From a virus (Duplodnaviria; Caudoviricetes): 26,055 nucleotides of DNA. Positions 1 through 8,216 of the stretch are shown one piece after another. A model generated the notes under the pieces. The model saw nothing but the letters and a program-made list of their open reading frames with translations. It did not search any database and had not been told where the DNA came from. Numbering within the stretch: the first letter of the stretch is position 1; every line of letters begins with the position of its first letter. A program made the translations under genes and the position numbers. The stretch covers positions 1 to 26,055 of the IMG/VR virus record IMGVR_UViG_3300032239_000491. One strand, written 5' to 3'.

Positions 1-26
1 ACTGGCAGTGCTGTTGGCTTCATGGG

Positions 27-209
27 CTACTCCCGGTGAGCGATAGCGGCTGATGCTTGCAAGATCGACTTGCGCAGGCCGTTGTAGCTGTCTGAGAGTA
101 TGAGCGCCGCGATGGCTTGACTGGTGTCTTCGGGTGCTAGGTTTGCCTGAGCTACTGCTTCGACGCAGTCCTCAAGCAGGTCAACAAAATACTCGACTCT
201 TGATTGCAT
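27..209 (-). CDS. Hypothetical protein, 60 aa
   Basis: ATG preceded by GGAG; helical, protein-like composition; same strand as neighbours. Confidence 0.7.
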   Translation of the reverse strand: MQSRVEYFVDLLEDCVEAVAQANLAPEDTSQAIAALILSDSYNGLRKSILQASAAIAHRE

Positions 210-254
210 GGATCACTCCAATAAAACACTGCGAACCGCGCAGCTCGGTTAACC

Positions 255-329
255 AACACGGCTGGGGGCTGGCCCTTACTAGCGGCTCCGTCGATCACAG
301 CAATATGCCGGGACCAGTCCCCATGCGTC
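255..329 (-). ncRNA. Putative structured RNA element (long closing stem with internal hairpin)
   Basis: Minus strand GACGCAUGGGGACUGGUCC pairs with GGGCCAGCCCCCAGCCGUGUU; inner hairpin CGGCA-UAU-UGCUG; G-U pairs favour the minus strand; lies in an intergenic gap. Confidence 0.45.
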
Positions 330-512
330 TTAGTTCACCGTCGGCGAAGTCGGCAGCAGCGCCAGCATCGCCCTCTCAATTTCATCCTTCATTGTCGCGC
401 TTTCGTCCATCTCAATCTGCACTTCCAGCTCATCAGAAATAAACCGCAAAATCCGGCCTGCAAACAAGTGTGCCAGCGCCTCGTTCGTCAGCGCGATCCT
501 AGCGATCTTCAC
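330..512 (-). CDS. Hypothetical protein, 60 aa
   Basis: GTG start with GGAGG upstream, overlapping the end of the Cro-like gene. Confidence 0.7.
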   Translation of the reverse strand: MKIARIALTNEALAHLFAGRILRFISDELEVQIEMDESATMKDEIERAMLALLPTSPTVN

Positions 513-711
513 GCAGAAGCCTCCACTCGATGTCGGGCCTCATGTCTTCCGCCTTCAGGTTCACACCCATCGACTTGGCCAGCATCACCAGGTGCGGCAC
601 GCGATCAGCGGGCACGCGCTTCCAGTTCGACACAGCCTGGCTGGTGATGCCGAAATGTTGGCTGACCAGTACAGGCCCGCCGAGCTTTTTGATGATGTCT
701 TGAACGTCCAT
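499..711 (-). CDS. Cro/YdaS-like HTH regulator (ATG 711 preferred over GTG 738)
   Basis: IIKKLGG...VSQHFGITSQAVSNWKRVP...EDMRPDI is the typical Cro-like pattern. Confidence 0.88.
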   Translation of the reverse strand: MDVQDIIKKLGGPVLVSQHFGITSQAVSNWKRVPADRVPHLVMLAKSMGVNLKAEDMRPDIEWRLLREDR

Positions 712-719
712 GGTCGGGC

Positions 720-728
720 ATGATACCA
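720..728 (-). promoter_or_regulatory. Extended -10 promoter for the Cro-like gene (near-leaderless)
   Basis: TG-G-TATCAT 8 nt upstream of ATG 711; no SD in between. Confidence 0.5.
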
Positions 729-768
729 TTGCTTTCACGGCCCGCTACAGCCCGCTAAAAACTAGCTG

Positions 769-798
769 TTGCACGGTCGATGAAACCTGTGCTAACAT
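769..798 (+). promoter_or_regulatory. Sigma70-type promoter of the early/replication operon
   Basis: TTGCAC (769-774), 18 nt spacer, TG-C-TAACAT (793-798); AGGAG at 815-819 and ATG at 826 follow. Confidence 0.65.
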
Positions 799-825
799 CC
801 GCACACCCTAACTCAGGAGAACAGA

Positions 826-990
826 ATGGCAGTAACCAGAACCGATCCCAACATCCCGGCAAGCGATCCACGCTTTATCTGGACCACCGGAGCTGACGTC
901 CAGCAGACCTGGCGTCGATACGGCTGGACCCCTCCAAGCGAGACCCGTCCGCCTGTCAACGAACCCAAGCCAGAGGAAACCCGCCAGTGA
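826..990 (+). CDS. Small hypothetical protein, 54 aa (absent from ORF track)
   Basis: AGGAG + ATG; MAVTRTDPNIP...DVQQTWRRYGWTPPSE; stop overlaps next GTG (GTGA). Confidence 0.8.
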   Translation: MAVTRTDPNIPASDPRFIWTTGADVQQTWRRYGWTPPSETRPPVNEPKPEETRQ

Positions 991-1190
991 AATCCCACAC
1001 CGAAAAATTCATGCGCGACCTACGGCGCAACCAACGCGAACTGCCCAAGCGGAAGTTCCCCAAGATTGGCACCTTTGCCAATACCCAGGAGTACGTCGAA
1101 GCGTACTTCCAGATCAACCAGCCCAGCGAATACAGCATCTCTTGCCGTTACGTTGAAAACTACCACAACCTTTCCACACGACCACTATGA
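987..1190 (+). CDS. Hypothetical protein, 67 aa
   Basis: 4-nt overlaps with both neighbours; GAGG upstream. Confidence 0.7.
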   Translation: MKSHTEKFMRDLRRNQRELPKRKFPKIGTFANTQEYVEAYFQINQPSEYSISCRYVENYHNLSTRPL

Positions 1191-1576
1191 TCACCGTCAC
1201 ATTCAATCCTTACACGCCCGAGCAGATGGCCATCTTGACCGCTGCCATGATTGCCTACACTCAGGCCATACCAGCGCCCGATGTCAAGCCCGAAGAGCCT
1301 GAGCCTGCTAATTTGCCCGGCTCCACTCCGGTCGAAGAAAAGCCCAAAAAGGCCAAGAAGCCAGCAGCCGTCGCAGTCGAAGAGGCACCCGCGCCAGCCG
1401 AAGAGGCACCCGCCATCACCCTGGAGCAGCTCCGCGCCAAGATGGCCGCAGTGAGCCAGGCTGGCAAAGGCGTTGAGTGCAAGGCCCTGTTGGTCAAGTT
1501 CGGTGCCAACAACCTGACATCCGTCCCGGCGGAAAAGTACAGCGACCTGATGGCCGCAGTGGAGGCTTTGAAATGA
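1187..1576 (+). CDS. Conserved phage protein typically preceding DUF2800 genes
   Basis: P/E/A/K-rich linker then ITLEQLRAK...KALLVKFGANNLTSVPAEKY helical domain. Confidence 0.8.
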   Translation: MITVTFNPYTPEQMAILTAAMIAYTQAIPAPDVKPEEPEPANLPGSTPVEEKPKKAKKPAAVAVEEAPAPAEEAPAITLEQLRAKMAAVSQAGKGVECKALLVKFGANNLTSVPAEKYSDLMAAVEALK

Positions 1577-1767
1577 CCATCGCAACCATCGTCATCACCG
1601 ACATGCCTGACAACCAGTTCACCATCGAAGGCAAACTGGACCGGCCCGAGGCCATTAACGAGCCGCCCACACCGGCTCTCATCATCCTCACCTACCTGAG
1701 TTCCCGTATGAAGGAGATCAGCGACGACGCCATGGCTTGGTACAACCAGATGGGAGCAGTGGAATGA
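1573..1767 (+). CDS. Hypothetical protein, 64 aa
   Basis: ATGA overlap; GGAGG upstream. Confidence 0.75.
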   Translation: MTIATIVITDMPDNQFTIEGKLDRPEAINEPPTPALIILTYLSSRMKEISDDAMAWYNQMGAVE

Positions 1768-1958
1768 TCCCGACAACCAAACTGCGTTTTGTTGAGCGCA
1801 AGATACTTGTGCCGTTTAAGGATTACGAAAACGTAAGGGAATCAAAAATAGTTCCCATCCTCCAGCAATGGTGGGAATCGAAAATATGGGCGCAGGGCGA
1901 GTGGATTGTGACTAGGAGCGAATGGCGCGATGTGCCAATTGAAAAGGAGCAAACATGA
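1764..1958 (+). CDS. Hypothetical protein, 64 aa
   Basis: ATGA overlap; GGGAG upstream; LRFVER...LQQWW...EWRDVP; AT-richer than neighbours. Confidence 0.7.
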   Translation: MIPTTKLRFVERKILVPFKDYENVRESKIVPILQQWWESKIWAQGEWIVTRSEWRDVPIEKEQT

Positions 1959-2209
1959 AAACCCTGGCCATCATCCCCTTCATGTTGGCAGCGTGTTCAA
2001 GCACGCCGCCCCAGCAGCACGAACAGAACACCGCGCTGGTAGTCGAGCGCGAGATCAACGTGCTCACACGCAACGAGGTCATCAACGGGGTCAAGGAATG
2101 CGAAGGCAGTGGCCTGCGCCCCGTGATGGTCACCGCGCGCCGCCGGATCAACGGCTTTCTATCAACCGCACCAGTCGATGTGACCTGCGCACCGAGGTAT
2201 GACAAATGA
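1955..2209 (+). CDS. Small putative lipoprotein
   Basis: AAGGAG SD; MKTLAIIPFMLAAC signal peptide with LAAC lipobox; two further Cys. Confidence 0.75.
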   Translation: MKTLAIIPFMLAACSSTPPQQHEQNTALVVEREINVLTRNEVINGVKECEGSGLRPVMVTARRRINGFLSTAPVDVTCAPRYDK

Positions 2210-3375
2210 CAGCACACGCAAAGCTGAGCGCCAGCGGAAGCGCCAAGTGGTTGGTCTGCACACCAAGTGCAAACCTGGAAGCCACACTGCCTGACGAGGA
2301 CAGCGAGTTTGCCAAAGAGGGCACCTTCGCCCACGCCGTGTTTGAGCAGGCCCTGCTGATGATGCTGAGCCGTCCGACCGAGCCATTGCCAAAAGAGCTT
2401 TTGCACTTCGACACTGCTGAGCTGCGCGAGTACGTGGCCGAGGCGGTGAACGTCGCATGGGACCGGATCAACGACGCGTACACACGTTGCAAGGACCCGG
2501 TCATCCTGGTTGAGCAGCGGCTGGACTTCAGCATGTGGGTACCCGAAGGCTTTGGCACCGGCGACCTGGTGATCATCACCGACGGCCTGGTCGAAGTAAT
2601 GGACCTGAAGTACGGCAAAGGCATCTACGTTGACCCCATGGAGAACAGCCAGCTCCGGCTGTACGGCCTGGGTGCCTACTACGAGCTGTGCCACCTGTAC
2701 GACATCCAGCGCGTCCGCATGACGGTTCTTCAGCCACGGTTGTCCAACTTCCGCAGCGAAGAGCTATCAATGGACGAGCTTTTGGATTGGGGCAAGCAAG
2801 AAGTCATGCCCCGCGCTAAGGCGGCGTGGGTAGGCGCGGGCGAGTTTGTGCCGGGTGACCATTGCCGTGACGGTTTCTGCCGTGCCAGGTACGTGTGCCC
2901 GGCCAGGGCGCAGGCATCGCTTGAGGTAGCCAAGACCGAGTTCTCCAGCCCGGTGCCGCCAGCGGTTGAGACTCTGACGATGGATCGCATCGCGGCCCTT
3001 CTGCCCCAGGCTGACATGGTGATCGACTGGTTCAACGACCTGAAGGCGCATGCGCTGAAGCAGGCAGTCGAGCACGGCACCACGGTGCCCGGGTTCAAGG
3101 TCGTCGAAGGCCGGTCCAACCGGAAGTATTCAGACCACGACGCGGTGGCTGCCAAGCTGAAGGACAGCGGCATCCCCGAAGAGATCATGTACGAGCGCAG
3201 CCTACTTGGCATCACTGCCATGGAGAGCGCAATCGGCAAAAAGAAGTTCACCGAATTGCTTGGCGACTTGGTCGTCAAGCCTGCCGGTAAACCAACGCTG
3301 GTGCCCGAAGGGGACAAGAGACCAGCACTCGCCTTGGCTGCATCCGCAGCCGAGGATTTCAAAATCGCAAACTAG
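2206..3375 (+). CDS. DUF2800 family Cas4-like PD-(D/E)xK exonuclease
   Basis: HAKLSASG..W..C, EGT.AH, GFGTGD, DLKYGKG, QLRLY, C....CR....C, GFKVVEGRSNR. Confidence 0.93.
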   Translation: MTAHAKLSASGSAKWLVCTPSANLEATLPDEDSEFAKEGTFAHAVFEQALLMMLSRPTEPLPKELLHFDTAELREYVAEAVNVAWDRINDAYTRCKDPVILVEQRLDFSMWVPEGFGTGDLVIITDGLVEVMDLKYGKGIYVDPMENSQLRLYGLGAYYELCHLYDIQRVRMTVLQPRLSNFRSEELSMDELLDWGKQEVMPRAKAAWVGAGEFVPGDHCRDGFCRARYVCPARAQASLEVAKTEFSSPVPPAVETLTMDRIAALLPQADMVIDWFNDLKAHALKQAVEHGTTVPGFKVVEGRSNRKYSDHDAVAAKLKDSGIPEEIMYERSLLGITAMESAIGKKKFTELLGDLVVKPAGKPTLVPEGDKRPALALAASAAEDFKIAN

Positions 3376-3384
3376 GAAAACAGT

Positions 3385-3909
3385 ATGTCAAAAGTTATTA
3401 CCGGTAAGGTCCGCATGTCCTACGTCAACGTCTTCGAGACGAACGACAAGGGCAAGTACAGCGTCTGCTTGCTCATCCCCAAGGGCGACAAAGACACCCT
3501 GGCCAAAGTGAAGACCGCAATTGAGTCGGTGAAGGCCGACCCCAAAGCAGCCACCACCTGGGGCGGCAAGTGGTTGGCCAGTTTCAAGTCACCCCTGCGT
3601 GACGGCGACACCGAGCGCGACCTGGCGAAGAACCCCGAATACAAGGGCCACTACTTCATCAACTGCAACAGCGGCCAAAAGCCTGACGTGGTTGACACCG
3701 CACTCAATCCGATCTTGGATAAGTCCGAGGTGTACAGCGGCTGCTTTGGCCGCGCGTCGGTCAACTTCTACCCGTTCAGCGTGGACGGCAACAAGGGCAT
3801 TGCAGCAGGTCTGAACAACGTGCAGAAGCTGGGAGACGGTGAACGTCTGGGCGGCGGATCGCGCGCAAGCGACGACTTCACTGCGGTCGAAGAAGACTTT
3901 TTATCTTGA
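3385..3909 (+). CDS. DUF2815 family ssDNA-binding protein
   Basis: VRMSY, KYSVCLLIPK, PLRDGD, YSGC, GLNNVQK..DGERLGG, acidic/Phe C-terminal tail. Confidence 0.93.
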   Translation: MSKVITGKVRMSYVNVFETNDKGKYSVCLLIPKGDKDTLAKVKTAIESVKADPKAATTWGGKWLASFKSPLRDGDTERDLAKNPEYKGHYFINCNSGQKPDVVDTALNPILDKSEVYSGCFGRASVNFYPFSVDGNKGIAAGLNNVQKLGDGERLGGGSRASDDFTAVEEDFLS

Positions 3910-3922
3910 AAGGAAATTAAAA

Positions 3923-4093
3923 ATGTTTTATCCAATCCATCTCACCGAAGAGTCCATCAACGCCGTCATCATTGCCTTGCGTAGGCTGCCACATGACCAG
4001 GTCCACGATCTGGTTATGGACATCGCTGCCCAACGCGACCAAGCGATGGCTAAGGTAGAGCCAGAGCTGGGGCCAGAGGTCGAAGCAGAGTAA
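3923..4093 (+). CDS. Hypothetical protein, 56 aa
   Basis: AAAGGA SD, ATG 3923; amphipathic helices. Confidence 0.75.
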   Translation: MFYPIHLTEESINAVIIALRRLPHDQVHDLVMDIAAQRDQAMAKVEPELGPEVEAE

Positions 4094-4096
4094 CCC

Positions 4097-4130
4097 GGAG
4101 GGGGAAAGCCCAGGCGAGTACCCCGCCTCC
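4097..4130 (+). other. GC-rich hairpin with GAA/AGUA internal loop
   Basis: GGAGGGGGAAA-GCCCAGGC-GAGTACCCCGCCTCC; no U-tract. Confidence 0.5.
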
Positions 4131-4131
4131 T

Positions 4132-4239
4132 ATGACCAACGAACAACTGTGGGTTTTGGTGAAGCATTACGAACGCCTCATCGCCCTTTTACTGGAGCAG
4201 TTAGATGACGACAAGAGAAAAGATACTGGGCACCGTTGA
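4132..4239 (+). CDS. Possible 35-aa protein
   Basis: MTNEQLWVLVKHYERLIALLLEQL...; fills the gap but has no linear SD. Confidence 0.4.
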   Translation: MTNEQLWVLVKHYERLIALLLEQLDDDKRKDTGHR

Positions 4240-4465
4240 AGAGGCTTTGTTTCTTGACCCTGCTGATTACGATGAGGCGATCATCGGCGTCGCATACCGC
4301 TTTGGCATGCTGCCGGTGGTGGCTTATGACCGCACCAGGGTGATTGACCTTTTGGCCAGGGACATGTCACGCGAAGACGCGGAAGAGTTTTTTGAGTTCA
4401 ACACCATCGGTGCTTGGGTAGGCAGGTTTACGCCCGTGTTTATCGATACGAGACCTGCCGAATGA
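4205..4465 (+). CDS. Conserved phage hypothetical protein, 86 aa
   Basis: GGAG SD; AIIG..VAYD..MSREDAEEFFEFNTIGAWVG..TP pattern. Confidence 0.8.
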   Translation: MTTREKILGTVEEALFLDPADYDEAIIGVAYRFGMLPVVAYDRTRVIDLLARDMSREDAEEFFEFNTIGAWVGRFTPVFIDTRPAE

Positions 4466-6477
4466 CCACACTACGAATCGACTTGGAAACGTACAGCGAC
4501 GTCGACCTGAAGAAGTGCGGCGTGCATAAGTACGCCGAGTCGGACGCGTTCGAGGTCATGCTTTTTGGATACAAGTACGGCGATGGTCAGGTCAACGTCA
4601 TCGACCTGGCCCAGGGCGAAGAGCTGCCCGCCCACATCATCCGAGCCCTTTACGATCCCAAGATTCTGAAGACCGCGTACAACGCGGCCTTCGAGCTGGC
4701 TTGCCTGGGCAATTACCTGTTCAACATGCTTGACGTCACCCAGTGGCGTTGCACCAGCGTTCACGCCTTGTACCTGGGAATGCCAGGCAACCTAAACGAC
4801 GTGGGCCGCGTGGTCGGTCTGTCCCCGGACAAGCAGAAGATGTCCACTGGATGGAGCCTGATCAAATACTTTTGCCTGCCATGCAAACCGACCAAGGCAA
4901 ACGGTGGCCGCACGCGCAACCTGCCCCACCACGATCCGGCCAAGTGGGCTTTGTTCAAAGAGTACTGCGCCAGGGACGTTGATTCCGAAGACGCCATCGC
5001 AGAGAAGCTGGCCAAGTTCCCCGTGCCAGACAAGGAGTGGAAGCTCTGGCACCTGGACCACCGCATGATGACCCAAGGCGCAAAGCTGGACCACGACTTG
5101 GTCGAGGCTGCCATCGAGTGCGACGGGATCGTGCGTGCCCGCACCTTGGCCGAGGCTGAGAAGCTCACCGGCCTGGACAACCCCAACAGCCGCGACCAAC
5201 TGCTGAAGTGGTTGCAAGAGGAAGAGGAAGACGACACCATTGTTGACCTGACCAAGAAAACCGTGCCCGGCCTGTTGGCCAACACCGACAGCGCCGTCGT
5301 GCGTCGGGTGCTTGAGCTGCGCCAGGAGCTGGCCAAGACAAGCGTGTCCAAGTACCACGCCATGGCCAGGGCGATGTGCGCCGACGATTGCGTGCGCGGG
5401 CTGACCCAGTTCTACGGTGCCAACCGCACTGGCCGCTGGGCTGGCCGGATCGTGCAGGTGCAAAACCTGCCACAGAACAAGCTCAAAGACCTGGACCTGG
5501 CGCGCGACCTGTTGCGCAGCCGCCAGTACGACCTGCTGGAAATGCTCTACGGCAACGTGCCTGACACGTTGTCACAGCTCATCAGGACGGCTTTTATCGC
5601 CCGGCCAGGGGCTACCCTCATGCCGGTCGATTTCAGCGCCATTGAGGCCCGTGTAATCGCCTGGTTGGCATGGTGCATGTGGCGTCTGGATGTGTTCAAG
5701 ACCCACGGCAAAATCTACGAGGCGTCGGCAGAGCAGATGTTCAAGCTGCCGCCTGGATCGGTGACCAAGAAGTCGCCCTACCGGCAGAAGGGCAAGATCG
5801 CCGAGCTGGCCCTGGGATACCAGGGCGGAGCCGGTGCCTTGAAGACCATGGGCGCGTTGGCCATGGGCCTGACAGAGGACGAGCTGGGCCCCATCAAAGA
5901 CGCCTGGCGCGCAGCCAACCCGGAGATCGTGAAGCTCTGGTACGCGGTCGAGGAGAAGGCCAAGCAGGCGGTAAGCCGCCGCACAAACGAGGTCCTGGCG
6001 ATTGCCGATGGTTGCGCCGAGCTGCGCTTCACATGGGAGTCGGGCTTCCTCACGATCACCCTGCCGTCGGGGCGCAAGCTGTTCTACGTCAAGCCACGCA
6101 TTGAGTCCGAAGACTTGATCCGTGAGCTGGCCAGCGGCGCGAGCTTTACCGTGGCCCGTGCCGGGTCGTTGACATACGAGGGCATGGACCAGAAGACCAA
6201 AACCTGGACCAGGCTGCCCACCTATGGAGGCAAGCTGGTGGAGAACATCACCCAGGCCATTGCACGCGACTGCCTGGCTGAGTCCATGCTTGCCCTGGAC
6301 GAGGCTGGCTACTCGCAACTGTTCACCGTCCACGATGAAGACATCGTCGAGACAACAGACCATGACGCCCTGCCCAAGATCGAAGAGATCATGGGGCGGG
6401 ACATCGCATGGGCACCCGGTTTGCCTTTGCGGGCAGACGGATTTTCAACCACCTACTACATGAAGGAAACAGACTGA
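4462..6477 (+). CDS. polA: Phage family A DNA polymerase with 3'-5' exonuclease
   Basis: Exo DLETYS, YNAAFE, YCARD; motif A DFSAIEAR, motif B RQKGKIAELALGY, motif C VHDE; ATGA overlap at 4462. Confidence 0.96.
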   Translation: MTTLRIDLETYSDVDLKKCGVHKYAESDAFEVMLFGYKYGDGQVNVIDLAQGEELPAHIIRALYDPKILKTAYNAAFELACLGNYLFNMLDVTQWRCTSVHALYLGMPGNLNDVGRVVGLSPDKQKMSTGWSLIKYFCLPCKPTKANGGRTRNLPHHDPAKWALFKEYCARDVDSEDAIAEKLAKFPVPDKEWKLWHLDHRMMTQGAKLDHDLVEAAIECDGIVRARTLAEAEKLTGLDNPNSRDQLLKWLQEEEEDDTIVDLTKKTVPGLLANTDSAVVRRVLELRQELAKTSVSKYHAMARAMCADDCVRGLTQFYGANRTGRWAGRIVQVQNLPQNKLKDLDLARDLLRSRQYDLLEMLYGNVPDTLSQLIRTAFIARPGATLMPVDFSAIEARVIAWLAWCMWRLDVFKTHGKIYEASAEQMFKLPPGSVTKKSPYRQKGKIAELALGYQGGAGALKTMGALAMGLTEDELGPIKDAWRAANPEIVKLWYAVEEKAKQAVSRRTNEVLAIADGCAELRFTWESGFLTITLPSGRKLFYVKPRIESEDLIRELASGASFTVARAGSLTYEGMDQKTKTWTRLPTYGGKLVENITQAIARDCLAESMLALDEAGYSQLFTVHDEDIVETTDHDALPKIEEIMGRDIAWAPGLPLRADGFSTTYYMKETD

Positions 6478-6707
6478 TGAGCGCAGACAAAAAACAAGTG
6501 GGCGGCACCCACTACAAAGACATGCCGGTGCAGCCCTGGACCGTGATGCAGGCCGTTCTGACCGAGGAAGAGTTTCGCGGTTTCCTCAAAGGCAACATCA
6601 TCAAATACGGGATGCGGTCGGGCCGCAAAGATGGGACCGATGACAGCGGCAAGCTCCAGCACTACTTGGAAAAACTCGCCGAAGTGGAGAAGCCGTCATG
6701 GGCTTAA
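6477..6707 (+). CDS. DUF3310-like protein
   Basis: QVGGTHY...QPW...F.KGNIIKY..R.G.K; TGATG coupling; AAGGA SD. Confidence 0.88.
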   Translation: MSADKKQVGGTHYKDMPVQPWTVMQAVLTEEEFRGFLKGNIIKYGMRSGRKDGTDDSGKLQHYLEKLAEVEKPSWA

Positions 6708-6895
6708 AAACACTAGGCCCGGCTGACCTGGCCAAGCTCTTGCGCAGAAGCGAAGAGACCATCAAGTCAGACGCACGTCGCCGACCAGACGTACTGCCAC
6801 CGCGCTTCCGGGTGCCCGGCAGCAGGCGTCTGGTATGGCTGGAATCCGACGTCATCGCATGGATCGAGAAGATCAATGACAAACGAACAACTTGA
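6698..6895 (+). CDS. AlpA/excisionase-like HTH DNA-binding protein
   Basis: L...DLAKLLRRSEETI...LPPRFRVPG.RRLVWLESDVIAWI; GGAG SD. Confidence 0.82.
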   Translation: MGLKTLGPADLAKLLRRSEETIKSDARRRPDVLPPRFRVPGSRRLVWLESDVIAWIEKINDKRTT

Positions 6896-7031
6896 AGCAG
6901 CAACGGCCAAGCTGGCGGAGCTGCGTGGCCCAGGCCGCGCTACCGACCAGCAGCTACGCCAAGAAATCAGGGAGCTATACCAGGCATTGCAAGCCCTGGA
7001 TTTTGTATTCAACAAGGAGCTACCGACATGA
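6876..7031 (+). CDS. Hypothetical protein, 51 aa (absent from ORF track)
   Basis: MTNEQLEAATAKLAEL...; stop overlaps next ATG. Confidence 0.65.
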   Translation: MTNEQLEAATAKLAELRGPGRATDQQLRQEIRELYQALQALDFVFNKELPT

Positions 7032-7249
7032 GCTGGAACCCGTATAAACGAATTGCCCATCTGGAAGAATTGACCAAAGAAATGATGCGCTTTTGTTCAG
7101 ACCTTAGCGCACGCCTGCACGTTCTGGAGCACAACCAAACTGCCGACTTGTTGACTCGCGAGGAAGCCCAAGCGCAGGCCGACAAGCGCGTGCGGGCCAA
7201 CGCCGCCGCCCGGAGGTATTACGCTAAAAGAAAGGCGGCTCAATCGTGA
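7028..7249 (+). CDS. Hypothetical coiled-coil protein with basic tail
   Basis: AAGGAG SD; ATGA overlap. Confidence 0.75.
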   Translation: MSWNPYKRIAHLEELTKEMMRFCSDLSARLHVLEHNQTADLLTREEAQAQADKRVRANAAARRYYAKRKAAQS

Positions 7250-7383
7250 GACACGTCATCTACTTCTTCCGAATGCTGGGCTTCGTATCAACCCTAATAG
7301 TCGTGTGCTTCTATCTCGGCTATAAAACCGCTCAACCGCAATGCCGCACCGTGGCGGCGTTGTTTACGGAGCAGTGCAAATGA
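7246..7383 (+). CDS. Small membrane protein, 45 aa (absent from ORF track)
   Basis: GTGA and ATGA overlaps; hydrophobic MLGFVSTLIVVCFYLGY. Confidence 0.6.
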   Translation: MRHVIYFFRMLGFVSTLIVVCFYLGYKTAQPQCRTVAALFTEQCK

Positions 7384-7562
7384 CCACTAACATTCACACA
7401 CCAGCATACAAACTATACGAACCGCCCAAGCCTGTGGGCTACTGGATTCTGTACGCGCAAGTAAATCCCCAAACGAGTTTTGCTATGTACCACAAGCCAA
7501 CGCCTGAGCAGATTGAAAACACAACCAAGCTACTGGGCTGGACATGGAAGGATGCGGAATGA
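7380..7562 (+). CDS. Hypothetical protein, 60 aa
   Basis: GGAG SD; ATGA overlaps at both ends. Confidence 0.7.
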   Translation: MTTNIHTPAYKLYEPPKPVGYWILYAQVNPQTSFAMYHKPTPEQIENTTKLLGWTWKDAE

Positions 7563-7666
7563 ACGACGACGAGCTTGACGACCTGGCAGTCACCGCCATT
7601 TCGGTTATTGCTTTTATCTTTTTCATTGCCGGTATCGGCGCTTTTGTTTGGTGGGCAATCACATGA
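7559..7666 (+). CDS. Single-TM peptide, 35 aa (absent from ORF track)
   Basis: MNDDELDDLAVTAISVIAFIFFIAGIGAFVWWAIT; AAGGA SD; ATGA overlaps. Confidence 0.65.
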   Translation: MNDDELDDLAVTAISVIAFIFFIAGIGAFVWWAIT

Positions 7667-7875
7667 TCCAAGTCATATACATCCCGGTTTTGTTTCTTTG
7701 TATGAACGGTCATTGTGAATTCATGCAAACGCAAATTTGGTTCAAGTCCGAACAGCAATGCCGCGCCGCGATAGATGAGCAGAAAGATAACCTACGCAAG
7801 ATGGCGCTCAAAGGCGGGCAGATGATCACGCAGATCGAAGGCACTTGCGTAACAGCGAAGAATGGAATGCTATGA
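7663..7875 (+). CDS. Small Cys-containing, possibly exported protein, 70 aa
   Basis: Hydrophobic N-terminus, C-x4-C and two more Cys; ATGA overlaps. Confidence 0.65.
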   Translation: MIQVIYIPVLFLCMNGHCEFMQTQIWFKSEQQCRAAIDEQKDNLRKMALKGGQMITQIEGTCVTAKNGML

Positions 7876-8216
7876 AAACACCAGAGGATGAAGCCTGGGA
7901 AGAGATGGAACGCAAGCAGGGCGCGGGTGGGTTCCTGGCCAAGCGTGCGATGGCGGCTGACAAGTTGCACTGGTCTGACTGTGCGGTGCATAACGCGCCA
8001 GCCTATCCCGCTGGTGAGTGTGATTGCGGTGGAGCGCAACGCGTTGACGACGATGACGACGACACCCAAGACTACAAAAAACCGTGGCGCGGGCTGACCG
8101 ACGAGCAGCGCCTGGCCGCACTGGTAGCGGTAGACCCGTTAACGGCAAGACTGCCAAGAGGCTTCAAACTGTTTGCCGAAGCGATTGAGAAACTACTGAA
8201 GGACCAGAACGAATGA
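7872..8216 (+). CDS. Mosaic hypothetical protein with His/Cys cluster
   Basis: HWSDCAVHNAPAYPAGECDCG and KKPWRGLTDE motifs; ATGA overlap. Confidence 0.75.
   Translation: MKTPEDEAWEEMERKQGAGGFLAKRAMAADKLHWSDCAVHNAPAYPAGECDCGGAQRVDDDDDDTQDYKKPWRGLTDEQRLAALVAVDPLTARLPRGFKLFAEAIEKLLKDQNE

Noticed and set aside
255-329. tRNA gene
   Set aside because: Size fits, but no T-loop (TTCRA), D-loop or CCA signature.
2206-3375. Cas4-like nuclease as a sign of a CRISPR system
   Set aside because: It sits in the standard DUF2800-DUF2815-PolA replication module; no cas genes or repeat-spacer array are present.
1912-6363. Several 200-260 aa minus-strand ORFs opposite the nuclease and polymerase
   Set aside because: Typical antisense shadows of GC3-rich genes.
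4132-6893. Two small ORFs both starting MTNEQL
   Set aside because: Similarity ends after six codons; a common phage N-terminus, not a duplication.
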